A stretch of DNA of 64,000 nt from Bdellovibrionales bacterium (GCA_964229765.1 CAXREJ010000044.1:133426-197425), one strand, 5' to 3'. Counted from the first letter of the stretch, positions 29,731 to 38,500 are shown. Program-made: numbers and translations. Notes: a model not told the origin generated them from the sequence alone.

Positions 29731-30696
29731 ATGCAAGCAAGAGTTGGAGCAAATTCATTTCCTCAAAGATCGTTAAAGGTTCGCGAGCAAAGTACTGGCA
29801 AGCAAACAACAGATCCATTAGCTATGAAAAAAGAGTTTGGTGAAAAAAATCTAGCTGAGATTTTAAATACCGTTGCTGATCCCAACTACAAGGCGAGTCA
29901 GAGAAAAATTCAGGGTGTTGGTAATGCTGAAATGGGTAAAGATGCTTTCTTTAAGTTGATGTTAACCCAATTAAAGCAACAGGATCCTACTAATCCCTTA
30001 AAGAGTCATGAGATGGCAGCGCAATTAGCTCAGTTCTCATCGGTTGAGCAATTGACTAATATCAATGAAACTTTGGGGAAAATGAGTCAAAAAGATCAAG
30101 GTAAGGATCAATATGATGTTCTTAATCTGATTGGAAAGAAAGTCAGTGGTGACTCTGGACAAATTGATCGTATTAAAGGTGATAAGGAGCATAAAGTTGA
30201 GTTCCAATTAGCTTCTAATGCCGAAACTGCGACAGTTGAAATTAAAGATAATAAAGGAATTGTTGTAAAAAAATATGAGTTAAAAGACCTTAAGAAAGGT
30301 AAAAATCAAATTGTCTGGAATGGTTTACATGCTGATGGTAAAGATGCGCGTGTTGGTCAATATTCAGCTCATATTTCTGCGATGTCACGAGGTAAGAAAA
30401 TCACCGGTAGCACTGAGTTTAGTGGAGCTGTGGACGGTGTTAAGTTTACTAACAAAGGACCTGTCCTTATGGTTGGTGGAAAATCGCTTAACTTACGTGA
30501 TGTTAAACAAATTGAAGAGAGTAAAAAAGAAGCTCAAGTGCAACATGTTTCTGAGCATCGTCTTGATACTCAAAAATCTCAGGGGGCTATGGTTGCAAAT
30601 AAGGACATGGCCAATCTTGATACCGCAAAAATGGATCAAGAACTGAGACAGAAATTAACAGGTAAAGTTAAAGGTATAAATACAAAAATTAAATAA
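29731..30696 (+). CDS. flgD: Flagellar hook capping/assembly protein FlgD
   Basis: DAFFKLMLTQLKQQDPTNPL and AQLAQFSSVEQL motifs, with a C-terminal Ig-like FlgD domain. Confidence 0.85.
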   Translation: MQARVGANSFPQRSLKVREQSTGKQTTDPLAMKKEFGEKNLAEILNTVADPNYKASQRKIQGVGNAEMGKDAFFKLMLTQLKQQDPTNPLKSHEMAAQLAQFSSVEQLTNINETLGKMSQKDQGKDQYDVLNLIGKKVSGDSGQIDRIKGDKEHKVEFQLASNAETATVEIKDNKGIVVKKYELKDLKKGKNQIVWNGLHADGKDARVGQYSAHISAMSRGKKITGSTEFSGAVDGVKFTNKGPVLMVGGKSLNLRDVKQIEESKKEAQVQHVSEHRLDTQKSQGAMVANKDMANLDTAKMDQELRQKLTGKVKGINTKIK

Positions 30697-30724
30697 TTAA
30701 GTTTTCTTATAATGGGGGGATATT

Positions 30725-32011
30725 ATGGCAGTACTAACTTCGATGTACTCAAGTGTGACAGGTTTAAAATCGCATGGTCAAGGCTTGAGTGTTGTAGCGG
30801 ATAACATAGCGAATGCTTCGACCAATGGATTTAAAGCCAGTCGAGCGGAGTTTCAAGATTTGCTTTCTCGTAGCTTAAAAGGAGCTTATGGAGGTAATCA
30901 AATCGGTCGTGGTGCTAAACTTGGAGCAGTGAATCCGATTCTTGTCCAAGGTAACGTTGATAATACTGAGCGTGTAACTGACTTAGCTATTAATGGAAAA
31001 GGTTATTTCATTGTAGAGGGTTATGACGGGCGCGCTTACACAAGAAATGGTGAGTTTCACTTTGATAAAGAAGGTTATCTTGTAACAAGTGATAACTATA
31101 AGGTAAAAGGTTTTGAAGCTGATCCCAATGGTGACATAACAAATAAAGTAGAAGATATTAAACTTCCTAGCGCCTTGGTTAATGCTAAAGCCACTCGTAA
31201 CCTTAAAATTGATATCAATCTTGATTCCAGAGTTCCAAAAGGAAAAGTTTTTGATCCACAAAACCCATACGATTCAGCTGACTTTACAACAGGTGTTGAA
31301 GTTTACGATTCACAAGGGGCTAAGCATCTTATTACCATGGCTTTTAACAAAGCGGCTGATGGTGTTTGGGAGTACCGTGGATTAGCCAATGGTGCTGAAG
31401 TACAGGGTGGTCAGCCTGGACAGTATCAACAGGTTCTTTTTGGACGTTTAACTTTCACTCCACAAGGCTTATTGAACACGGAAGAAGTTTTAGAGAAGAA
31501 TTTTAGCTTTAACAATGGTGCTATCGCCAACCAAGATATCGTTATTGATTTTGGTGACTCAATTACAACAGATGGTGGAACTGGATTAAAAGGTGCTAAA
31601 CAGTATGGTGCTAAATCGGATTTACTTTCTTGGTCACAAGATGGAGCCGCCGCAGGGCGATTAACCGGTCTTTCATTTGATGATACAGGAGTTTTAACAG
31701 CCTTGTACTCTAATGGTGAAACCAAAGACATGTTCCAAATTGCCATGGCTAAATTCCAAAGTCCTGAAGGTTTATTTAAATCAGGGTCAAATAAAATGCG
31801 CGAATCCAGAGAATCAGGATCTCCAGCTATTGGAAGACCTTCTGAAGGTGGAAGAGGGCAGGTTTTTGCAAAATCGGTTGAGCGTTCAACCACAGATATT
31901 GCAAAAGAATTTGTTAATATGATTCAGTATCAAAGAAACTTCCAGGCCAACGCTAAGGGAATCTCGACAGCTGATGAAATGTTAGCAGAAGTTATTAATA
32001 TGAAAAGGTAA
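30725..32011 (+). CDS. flgE: Flagellar hook protein FlgE
   Basis: N-terminal GLSVVADNIANASTNGFK and C-terminal MIQYQRNFQANAKGISTADEML. Confidence 0.9.
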   Translation: MAVLTSMYSSVTGLKSHGQGLSVVADNIANASTNGFKASRAEFQDLLSRSLKGAYGGNQIGRGAKLGAVNPILVQGNVDNTERVTDLAINGKGYFIVEGYDGRAYTRNGEFHFDKEGYLVTSDNYKVKGFEADPNGDITNKVEDIKLPSALVNAKATRNLKIDINLDSRVPKGKVFDPQNPYDSADFTTGVEVYDSQGAKHLITMAFNKAADGVWEYRGLANGAEVQGGQPGQYQQVLFGRLTFTPQGLLNTEEVLEKNFSFNNGAIANQDIVIDFGDSITTDGGTGLKGAKQYGAKSDLLSWSQDGAAAGRLTGLSFDDTGVLTALYSNGETKDMFQIAMAKFQSPEGLFKSGSNKMRESRESGSPAIGRPSEGGRGQVFAKSVERSTTDIAKEFVNMIQYQRNFQANAKGISTADEMLAEVINMKR

Positions 32012-32071
32012 CTTTAAATAGATTTTAAGTCATTTTTAGTGAGTGTTAGTTAATTTTATCCCAAACCCATG

Positions 32072-32101
32072 CAGCCTGGTTTTTGCCAGGCTGTTTTTTT
32101 G
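32072..32101 (+). terminator. Rho-independent terminator closing the flagellar operon
   Basis: cagcctgg-tttttg-ccaggctg followed by T8. Confidence 0.8.
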
Positions 32102-32109
32102 TAAGAACG

Positions 32110-33561
32110 CTATCGGTTTACACCCACTTTTCCTTCTTTTACTTTTTGAAGGTATTCGTTGAGTTCTTTTTTAACTCTCGGAACAAGAAAGTAAACGCCT
32201 AGGATATTGGGGAAAGCCATACCTAAAATCATAAGATCACCAAATTCGAGTACATTGGTGGCTGTTGTTATGGCTCCTAAAAAGATCACCACACACAATG
32301 CTAATTTATAATAGATGGAATACTTTTCACTGAAGATATAGGCGAAACATCTTTCTCCGTAATAAGACCATGAAATAATTGTGGAAAAAGCAAAGAGCAC
32401 AACGGATAAAGACAGAACCATTGGAAACCAAGGAATAATTTCACCCATGGCACGAGAAGTGAGGGCTGCTCCTTGATTGGCATTGATGAGGTCCATGTAA
32501 TTGGGGTTGTTGTAAGCGCCGGTAATAACAATCACTAGGGCTGTCATGGTACAGACTACAACGGTATCAATAAAAGGTTCTAGTAGAGCGACGATTCCTT
32601 CTTGTACGGGGTATTGTGATTTCGCAGCAGAGTGAGCAATGGCAGCGGAACCAACACCGGCTTCATTTGAAAAAGCAGCTCGTCTTAATCCAACGACCAT
32701 AACTCCGATAACACCACCATAGCCAGCTTCAGGGGTGAAGGCACTGCTTAGAATAATAGAAAAAGCTTCGGGAATGTGGGTGCTATAAAGGGAGAGAATA
32801 TAAAGACAGGCGAGAACATAGATACCGCACATAGCTGGAACAATCTTTTCTGCAACCCCTGCGATTCTTTTAATACCACCAATGATAACAACTCCCACAA
32901 GAAAGGCCATAATAAGTCCAAACACCCAGCGATGTTCACCAAAAAAGGGGATGGATTCTGAAATGGCATTAAGAGATTGATTCACTTGGAAAGAACCTCC
33001 TCCTCCAAAAGATCCGCCAATTGTTAAAAAGCAAAAAATAATAGCAAGAGTTTTTCCTAGTTTTGGATAGCCCTTTTCTTTGAGTCCGACAGAGAGATAC
33101 TCCATTGGACCTCCCATCATGTGTCCATCAGTCCTTCGGCCTCGATAGATCATTGCTAGTGAGCACTCTGTAAATTTAGAATTCATTCCAAGTATTCCTG
33201 CAACAATCATCCAAACCGTTGCTCCTGGGCCTCCCATTGATATCGCAATGGCAACACCAGCAATATTTCCTAACCCGACGGTGGCTGATAATGCTGTAGT
33301 GAGAGCTTCAAAGTGGGAGACTTCTCCATCTGAATCGGGATGATCATACTTTCCTCGAACAATATCAATAGCGTGTTTGAAAAGTCGAAAGTTAGCGAAT
33401 CGAAAATAAAAAGTAAAAAACAAGGCTCCAATAACCAACCAAGCGACAGTGAGGGGGAGAGTTATAGCCTCGGTGAAAAAGAAGATATCAAAGAAAAACA
33501 CACTGGCTATGAGGTGATTAATGACACCAAAGAAGTCATTGATCATTTCATTGATTCCCAT
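32110..33561 (-). CDS. Alanine/glycine:cation symporter (AGCS family)
   Basis: GGPGATVWMIVAGILGMNSKFTECSLAMIYR and about 11 TM segments. The likely start is MGINEMINDFF (33561) rather than the ORF-track start at 33633. Confidence 0.85.
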   Translation of the reverse strand: MGINEMINDFFGVINHLIASVFFFDIFFFTEAITLPLTVAWLVIGALFFTFYFRFANFRLFKHAIDIVRGKYDHPDSDGEVSHFEALTTALSATVGLGNIAGVAIAISMGGPGATVWMIVAGILGMNSKFTECSLAMIYRGRRTDGHMMGGPMEYLSVGLKEKGYPKLGKTLAIIFCFLTIGGSFGGGGSFQVNQSLNAISESIPFFGEHRWVFGLIMAFLVGVVIIGGIKRIAGVAEKIVPAMCGIYVLACLYILSLYSTHIPEAFSIILSSAFTPEAGYGGVIGVMVVGLRRAAFSNEAGVGSAAIAHSAAKSQYPVQEGIVALLEPFIDTVVVCTMTALVIVITGAYNNPNYMDLINANQGAALTSRAMGEIIPWFPMVLSLSVVLFAFSTIISWSYYGERCFAYIFSEKYSIYYKLALCVVIFLGAITTATNVLEFGDLMILGMAFPNILGVYFLVPRVKKELNEYLQKVKEGKVGVNR

Positions 33562-33875
33562 GTTGGGAATAAAAAAGAGATCTGAAATAACTTTTAGATT
33601 GATATAGAACAATTGAGCCCCCCGGTTGCGCATCTATATAACTGAAACAATGGTCCAAACACTAGCCAAAAGTCGAACTCCTGTCAGGGGTGAGTCCCTT
33701 GGTAACGTGGAGCATCAAGCTAAGAGTCAAGTGAGTCCTAATAGGAGCACAATAGTGCTTAAAGTTTCTTTGATTGTTTTAAGTGAAGAGTCGTTTTGTC
33801 AGTGTGATTATGGATACTGTGGAGGACTGACTGAGAGTTTTTTTACTTTAAATTTTAGAGAAATTAGAATGAGGC

Positions 33876-33906
33876 AAAAAAAACCGAGACGCGTGTCTCG
33901 GTTTTT
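33876..33906 (-). terminator. Rho-independent terminator of the HU gene (bidirectional hairpin)
   Basis: A8-ccgagac-gcgt-gtctcgg-T5. On the minus strand the stem is followed by T8. Confidence 0.8.
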
Positions 33907-33933
33907 CTAATTAAAAGTAAAGACAGTTAAGTC

Positions 33934-34206
33934 TTACTTAAGCATAGACTTGAACTCAGATCCTGGACGGAACTTAGGATACCAAGCTGCAGGAATTTTA
34001 ATCTCTTTACCAGTTTGAGGATTTCTTCCTTTACGAGCTTTTCTTTTTTGCTTTGTGAAAGTTCCAAAACCAACGAGTTTAACTTCGTCACCTTTTTTTA
34101 CAGATTTGCGAATGATGTCGATTGTTGCATCCAAAACGCGCTCTGTGTGAGCCTTAGTTGAATCAGTAGTGGTAGCAACTTTCTCGATAAGCTCTGCTTT
34201 ATTCAT
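33934..34206 (-). CDS. hup: HU-family DNA-binding protein
   Basis: MNKAELIEKVA..., GFGTF and RKGRNPQTGKEIKIPA. 90 aa. Confidence 0.9.
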   Translation of the reverse strand: MNKAELIEKVATTTDSTKAHTERVLDATIDIIRKSVKKGDEVKLVGFGTFTKQKRKARKGRNPQTGKEIKIPAAWYPKFRPGSEFKSMLK

Positions 34207-34460
34207 GCGTACTCCTTATAGTTGTTGGTGTGCATTTAATTGCCTTCCCTGAAATTGAATCCTAAGGCGGAAAAGGGGTCAAGTTAAAAACAATAAAAAA
34301 ATTTAAATTTAGTGGTAATTGTCAGCAGACTTCAGATTATTTTCCAATGTTTGAGACTAAAGGGGAATAAATGAATCATTTTTAAGCATAAATCGACAAT
34401 TTAGAAAAGCCGTAGGGGATTCACTTTCAATGGCCTACCATCATAGAGTGATTAACATAA

Positions 34461-34496
34461 AAACAAAAAGGCACAATTGAAAGCAATTGTGCCTTT
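34461..34496 (-). terminator. Rho-independent terminator after the lipoprotein gene
   Basis: A 13-bp stem aaaggcacaattg/caattgtgccttt with an aaag loop. A T-rich tract follows on the minus strand. Confidence 0.75.
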
Positions 34497-34528
34497 ACTT
34501 TTAAAAAGTGTGAGGTTCTTTTAATTTT

Positions 34529-35221
34529 TTAGAGGTAAAAATATCCGACTAAAACACCGCTGTTAACAAGTTCAAGACGACCGTTGCGGTTATAAAGAAG
34601 AATATTTGAGTTTGTGCGACTTTCAAAAATGTTTCCATTGGATGTGCCTTCAAAGACCATTTGGTCTGTACCAAGACTTGATTGAATCGTTAGGCGAATG
34701 GCTTCCACTTGGTTTTGATAGATCGCAAGTTCAACAGTTGCACTTGGAGTCGTTGATCCAATGTCTTGCGTATTACCATAAAAGGAATCTCTTAAGCTGT
34801 ATTCGTCATTGATAACCGAACACTCGATATCGACATCATCAATACCAAACAATCGGGCAATTCCTTGTGTGACATAAATTTGAGTTCCACAACGAACGGC
34901 ATTCATTACAGGATCAGCGATTGAGAAGGCCACTTCTCCAAGAATTTGTTGGAAAAAGTTATCTCCGAAGGCACTTCCACCGTTATTTGAATAACCGAAA
35001 GTATTAAGGTACTCGTCCGAGTTATTGATTCTGAATGTACCAGAGTAGTCCTGCTCACAAGAATTTGAACATCCGTAGTTAGTGTCTGTAAAAGTATCTG
35101 GGATAGGAGCTGGTGCTGCAGCTGGTGTATTATTAGAGCTTTCTTTTCCTCCGCAGGCAGCCATAAAAGCGCCAAGGATAAAAATTAAAAGTCCTAATGT
35201 GACTTTGTTTTTATTTTTCAT
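34529..35221 (-). CDS. Hypothetical lipoprotein
   Basis: Lipobox LGAFMAAC/GGKESS. 230 aa with no recognised domain. Confidence 0.55.
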   Translation of the reverse strand: MKNKNKVTLGLLIFILGAFMAACGGKESSNNTPAAAPAPIPDTFTDTNYGCSNSCEQDYSGTFRINNSDEYLNTFGYSNNGGSAFGDNFFQQILGEVAFSIADPVMNAVRCGTQIYVTQGIARLFGIDDVDIECSVINDEYSLRDSFYGNTQDIGSTTPSATVELAIYQNQVEAIRLTIQSSLGTDQMVFEGTSNGNIFESRTNSNILLYNRNGRLELVNSGVLVGYFYL

Positions 35222-35285
35222 TTTAAAACCTCACTGTGTACGTTGTACGTTAAAAATTCTATACAGCCTTAATGTATTCATAGAC

Positions 35286-35302
35286 TGTGCCAAATTGGCA
35301 CA
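35286..35302. promoter_or_regulatory. Perfect 8-1-8 palindrome, candidate operator
   Basis: TGTGCCAA-A-TTGGCACA lies about 65-80 nt upstream of the lipoprotein start at 35221. Confidence 0.3.
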
Positions 35303-35394
35303 AATCAACATCAGTGAATTCAGGTACTTATATTTATAAAAAGAATGGGATTTAAAATAAAAGCGTAAGTTGTCACTCAAGCTGTTCAACTTTG

Positions 35395-35735
35395 ATACAC
35401 CCAATGGAGAACCCCGCAGGCACGTAAGTGCCGAGGAGTGAGGCTCCATTGGGCTATTAATCTCGAAGAGATTAATAGGGCCCAGGCGGCCCGAGCCGAG
35501 AGAACCCTACACCGCTTGGAGATATGCCGAAGGCATGAGGCTCCAAGTGGACCGCGGAGCGGAAAGTGCGAGGAGTGAGGCTCCATTTCCCAACGGGGCC
35601 CTGGGGCTCTGTTGATAGACAGTCTTCAAGTCATTCTGAGTGGACTGAAGAATCTGTGTTAAAGGTTCTTCCCATGGGCCCTTTAAGACTAATTTTTGAT
35701 TTAGGGGCTGATGAATTATCAACAGCCCCTAGTTA
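35395..35735. repeat. GC-rich hairpin-dense intergenic island with internal direct repeats (candidate structured RNA or REP/MITE-like cluster)
   Basis: A near-identical 24/25-nt repeat occurs twice: aagtgc(c)gaggagtgaggctccatt at 35426-35450 and 35564-35587. A third partial copy is at 35535-35550. Nested hairpins sit at 35401-35452, 35454-35478, 35515-35547 and 35703-35730. Local GC is far above the surrounding sequence. Confidence 0.6.
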
Positions 35736-35820
35736 GAAAGACAAGTTTGTACTTGGCTCAGTATAAGATGCTTTTAACTTTTCTTGGGAGGAAAAGCTCC
35801 CGATTAAGTTTTGATGAAAA

Positions 35821-36090
35821 TTATGGTTGTTGATCGGATTTACAGTTCTTGACTCCGGCTCCATGAACTTCACAGACCATGGCTTTTCTTAAAGAACCAA
35901 AGAGAAGACCATCATTCTTTAAAATAAGAACTTTATTTTTACTCACTCTGGTAACGCCAGAGTAGGTGGCACAACCTGTGAATGTAAGACTGAATAAACT
36001 AAATAGTAGAATGATACTTAAAGATTTAATGGTGTCCTCCCTGGTGACTTTGGTATTGGAATGTTGAAGCTTAAAAAAATGAAGAACCAC
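35821..36090 (-). CDS. Small hypothetical lipoprotein
   Basis: Lipobox LTFTGC/ATYSG. 89-aa ORF downstream of the ECF/anti-sigma pair. The start is uncertain. Confidence 0.4.
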   Translation of the reverse strand: MVLHFFKLQHSNTKVTREDTIKSLSIILLFSLFSLTFTGCATYSGVTRVSKNKVLILKNDGLLFGSLRKAMVCEVHGAGVKNCKSDQQP

Positions 36091-36228
36091 AAATATGTAG
36101 TCTGTATTTATGAGCTATCAACTAGACCTATTCAATCACTAAAGCCAAACCAATGCTAGATGAGGGAGAAAGCTTGGATTTAAGTCTAGAGCTAAAAGGA
36201 AAGCAATGGGGACCGAAGATTCTTAGAG

Positions 36229-36867
36229 TCATCTCACCTTATTAAAAAGAGAGAATAAAAAACCAAAGAATAGACCAAATAATATGGGGCCATAATGAAG
36301 GAGGAGTCCATGGGTTGGAGAGTACATACAGGCCAACTGCATTAAGAAACCTGGAACGAGCATCGTTCCCGCTCCAATAAGTAAGTAGGACTTTCGAGAG
36401 AGAGGGAAGTCATTCCTTTTGATAAAGTAAAAGCAAGAAAAAAGACCAATAAGGCCGTATAGTAGGACCTCTTCAACGCAGAAGGCTCTTGCTCCTAAAG
36501 TAGAGCTTTCAGGGGAGGGGAGCGAAAAGCTAAAATATAAGGATAAAATAAGTACGGCACTAAACAGAGAAAAGAAGAGCTTCGTAGAAAGTGTTATTTT
36601 TTTTCCTGGGATAAGGTCACTAAGGCTAAAATAAAAAATAAGAAAGATCAGTCCTGTGGCTGCAATGATTTCAATGGCAAGGCGTGGGTAATTTAAAAGG
36701 TCGTTTAAAAAGCCTGGGCGAAACTGTTGGTAGAGTAGAAAAGCGAGGGAATTTAAAACAAGTAAAACGATAAGCCAGCTGAGGGCACGCCACTGGCTTG
36801 GCCAAAACCGTTTTGGTTCCAGTTGATTCACTAAGTCTTCAATCAGGTTCTCATTATTAATATTCAA
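36229..36867 (-). CDS. NrsF-like (DUF1109) membrane anti-sigma factor
   Basis: About 6 TM segments and an N-terminus NENLIEDLVNQLEPK resembling DUF1109. The TTG start directly abuts the sigma factor's TAA stop. Confidence 0.6.
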   Translation of the reverse strand: MNINNENLIEDLVNQLEPKRFWPSQWRALSWLIVLLVLNSLAFLLYQQFRPGFLNDLLNYPRLAIEIIAATGLIFLIFYFSLSDLIPGKKITLSTKLFFSLFSAVLILSLYFSFSLPSPESSTLGARAFCVEEVLLYGLIGLFSCFYFIKRNDFPLSRKSYLLIGAGTMLVPGFLMQLACMYSPTHGLLLHYGPILFGLFFGFLFSLFNKVR

Positions 36868-37482
36868 TTAAATCTCCATCCCTTTGGTAACAACTTGGCG
36901 AATCTTAGAGAATCCTCGCGAAATTCTTTTTCTAAGGGCTGCCTCATTGATCCCTTCCTTTTGTGCTGCCTCTTCATAGGATAACCCTTTGATATGAGTA
37001 AGCTCTATAGCACGTCTTAGCTTCTCGGGAACTTTATCTAAAATCTCTACGGCGTCCTTATGGTGAGCCTCATCATATTCATTCGGTTCTTCGGCAACAT
37101 TTGTGACATCAAGTTCTAGATTTGAGAACGTTTGCTCTTTTTTTCTAGCAAGGGAACGAAAGTGATCGGCTAGTTTATACCGAATAATGGCTGAAACCCA
37201 TGGTTTTACCGGTTTTCCAGGTTGATAAGTGGCTAAATTTTTATGAATCCCAACCAAGCACTCTTGGGCGAGATCTTCCTGATCCACTAAAGAACCTAAT
37301 TTTTGTCGAAGTGCACTTTGAATATAAGGATAAATAGACTTTAGAAACTCACGATAGGCTGAGGAGTCACCCGCTTGGGCTCTTTCAATAAGCTCTTCTA
37401 AAGAAGTCTTTTGATTTTGAGCGGAAATGAAAATCTCCTCGTTTACTTTTGTGGAGAGTGGGTGTCGCTTGGTTCCACGCAA
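36868..37482 (-). CDS. ECF-type RNA polymerase sigma factor
   Basis: Region 2 DLAQECLVGIHKNLATY and region 4 HTH LSYEEAAQKEGINEAALRKRISRG. Confidence 0.85.
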   Translation of the reverse strand: MRGTKRHPLSTKVNEEIFISAQNQKTSLEELIERAQAGDSSAYREFLKSIYPYIQSALRQKLGSLVDQEDLAQECLVGIHKNLATYQPGKPVKPWVSAIIRYKLADHFRSLARKKEQTFSNLELDVTNVAEEPNEYDEAHHKDAVEILDKVPEKLRRAIELTHIKGLSYEEAAQKEGINEAALRKRISRGFSKIRQVVTKGMEI

Positions 37483-37802
37483 CTAATTCTTAATATTAAA
37501 TAGCATCAAAAACAACAAGACTCTTGAAAATATCCTCAAAGCTAAATTCACTGTTTTTAAGTTAAAAGACAAACTCATTAGTTTCGGTTATGGCATGAGG
37601 TCTTTATTTCTTTGTGGAAAGCATGGGTTAAGACGATGGAGCTAAAGTTATATAGAATTGGGTTAAGGTGAGTGCAGATCAAGAGACCAAAGGAATCGTA
37701 AGATGATATATCAAAGAACCTTTAATGATAATTTATTGTCTATACATCTGAGGACTTATCATCCTATTGAATTCTAAAATTCAAAAAAATAGAAAAAAGA
37801 AT

Positions 37803-37827
37803 GTCACAAATAAAAAATCACAGCGAA
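37803..37827 (+). promoter_or_regulatory. Candidate ECF-type promoter upstream of the spondin_N-like gene
   Basis: GTCACA-N15-CGAA resembles the GTAACC-N16-CGAA type promoters reported for SigF/NrsF-group ECF sigmas. It lies about 38 nt upstream of ATG 37865. Confidence 0.3.
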
Positions 37828-37864
37828 TGAAGTAACAACAATTTAAACCTTCAAAGGGGGAGAT

Positions 37865-38500
37865 ATGAAGAAAGTAATATTAACAACAATTGTGATTTTT
37901 TTATCGAGTTTAGCTATGGCGGCTGAGAATAACTATAAGATCACAATACAAAATTTAACAAAAGGTCAGCCGATCTCACCATCGGTCTTGGCGGTCCACA
38001 ATTCAAATTTTAAACTTTTTCAAATCGGTGAGGAAGCCAGTCAAGGACTACAAGCGCAAGCAAAGGATGGAGCCACTGACTTATTGATTGAGGAACTTGA
38101 AAATAATAATGACGTGATGAAGGTTGTGAAAGCGTCCGGTGGGATCATGCCTGGTCAAAAAGTTTCTATTTCTTTAAGTGCTAAGCCAGGGAGTCTTTTT
38201 TCACTGAGTTCTATGGTTGCCAGAACCAATGATGCTTTTGTATCGGGTAAGAATATTCCGCTAATAGCCAACAAAAAACATAAGGGTGTTTATTTACTGA
38301 AAGTTTATGATGCCGGAGCAGAGATGAATACAGAGTCTTGCGAACATATCCCAGCTCCTCCCTGTGGTTCACCAAACCTGGGATTAGAGGGCGAAGGTTT
38401 TGTACACTTTCATCCTGGAATAGTGGGAGTCGGTGATCTTGATCTACTTACAGATACTTTTGGATCTGTCGTAGCAAAGGTTGTTGTTGAAGCTCTTTAA
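37865..38500 (+). CDS. Secreted spondin_N-like domain protein
   Basis: Signal peptide ...SSLAMA/AEN. The block YKITIQNLTKGQPISPSVLAVHNSNFKLFQIGEEAS resembles bacterial spondin_N proteins (by eye). Confidence 0.5.
   Translation: MKKVILTTIVIFLSSLAMAAENNYKITIQNLTKGQPISPSVLAVHNSNFKLFQIGEEASQGLQAQAKDGATDLLIEELENNNDVMKVVKASGGIMPGQKVSISLSAKPGSLFSLSSMVARTNDAFVSGKNIPLIANKKHKGVYLLKVYDAGAEMNTESCEHIPAPPCGSPNLGLEGEGFVHFHPGIVGVGDLDLLTDTFGSVVAKVVVEAL

Noticed and set aside
31426-31893. 155-aa ORF antisense to flgE, and similar long antisense or alternate-frame ORFs (for example 24617..25033 inside fliG and 9189..9539 inside the NtrC gene)
   Set aside because: They are fully embedded in confidently assigned genes with strong family motifs. 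They lack start context and have low-complexity or biased composition typical of shadow ORFs.
33626-33910. 94-aa plus-strand ORF in the alsT leader region
   Set aside because: It runs through the bidirectional HU terminator, has no SD and has odd composition. It is most likely non-coding.
35231-35722. Three overlapping minus-strand track ORFs, two of which start with MEPHSS
   Set aside because: They are translations of the repeated hairpin DNA. They overlap one another, lack SD sequences and have Arg/Pro/Leu-rich nonsense composition.
35395-35735. RNase P RNA, tmRNA, SRP/6S RNA or a cobalamin riboswitch as the identity of the GC-rich island
   Set aside because: ggaaagtgcg superficially resembles the RNase P P4 GGAAAGTCCG, but it is part of the duplicated 25-nt unit. 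The other universal blocks (ACAGAAnCCGGCTTA, GGTAAGGGTGAAA) are absent. There is no tmRNA 3' ...TCCACCA or tag ORF, no SRP GGAAGGAAGCAGCC, and no B12 box.
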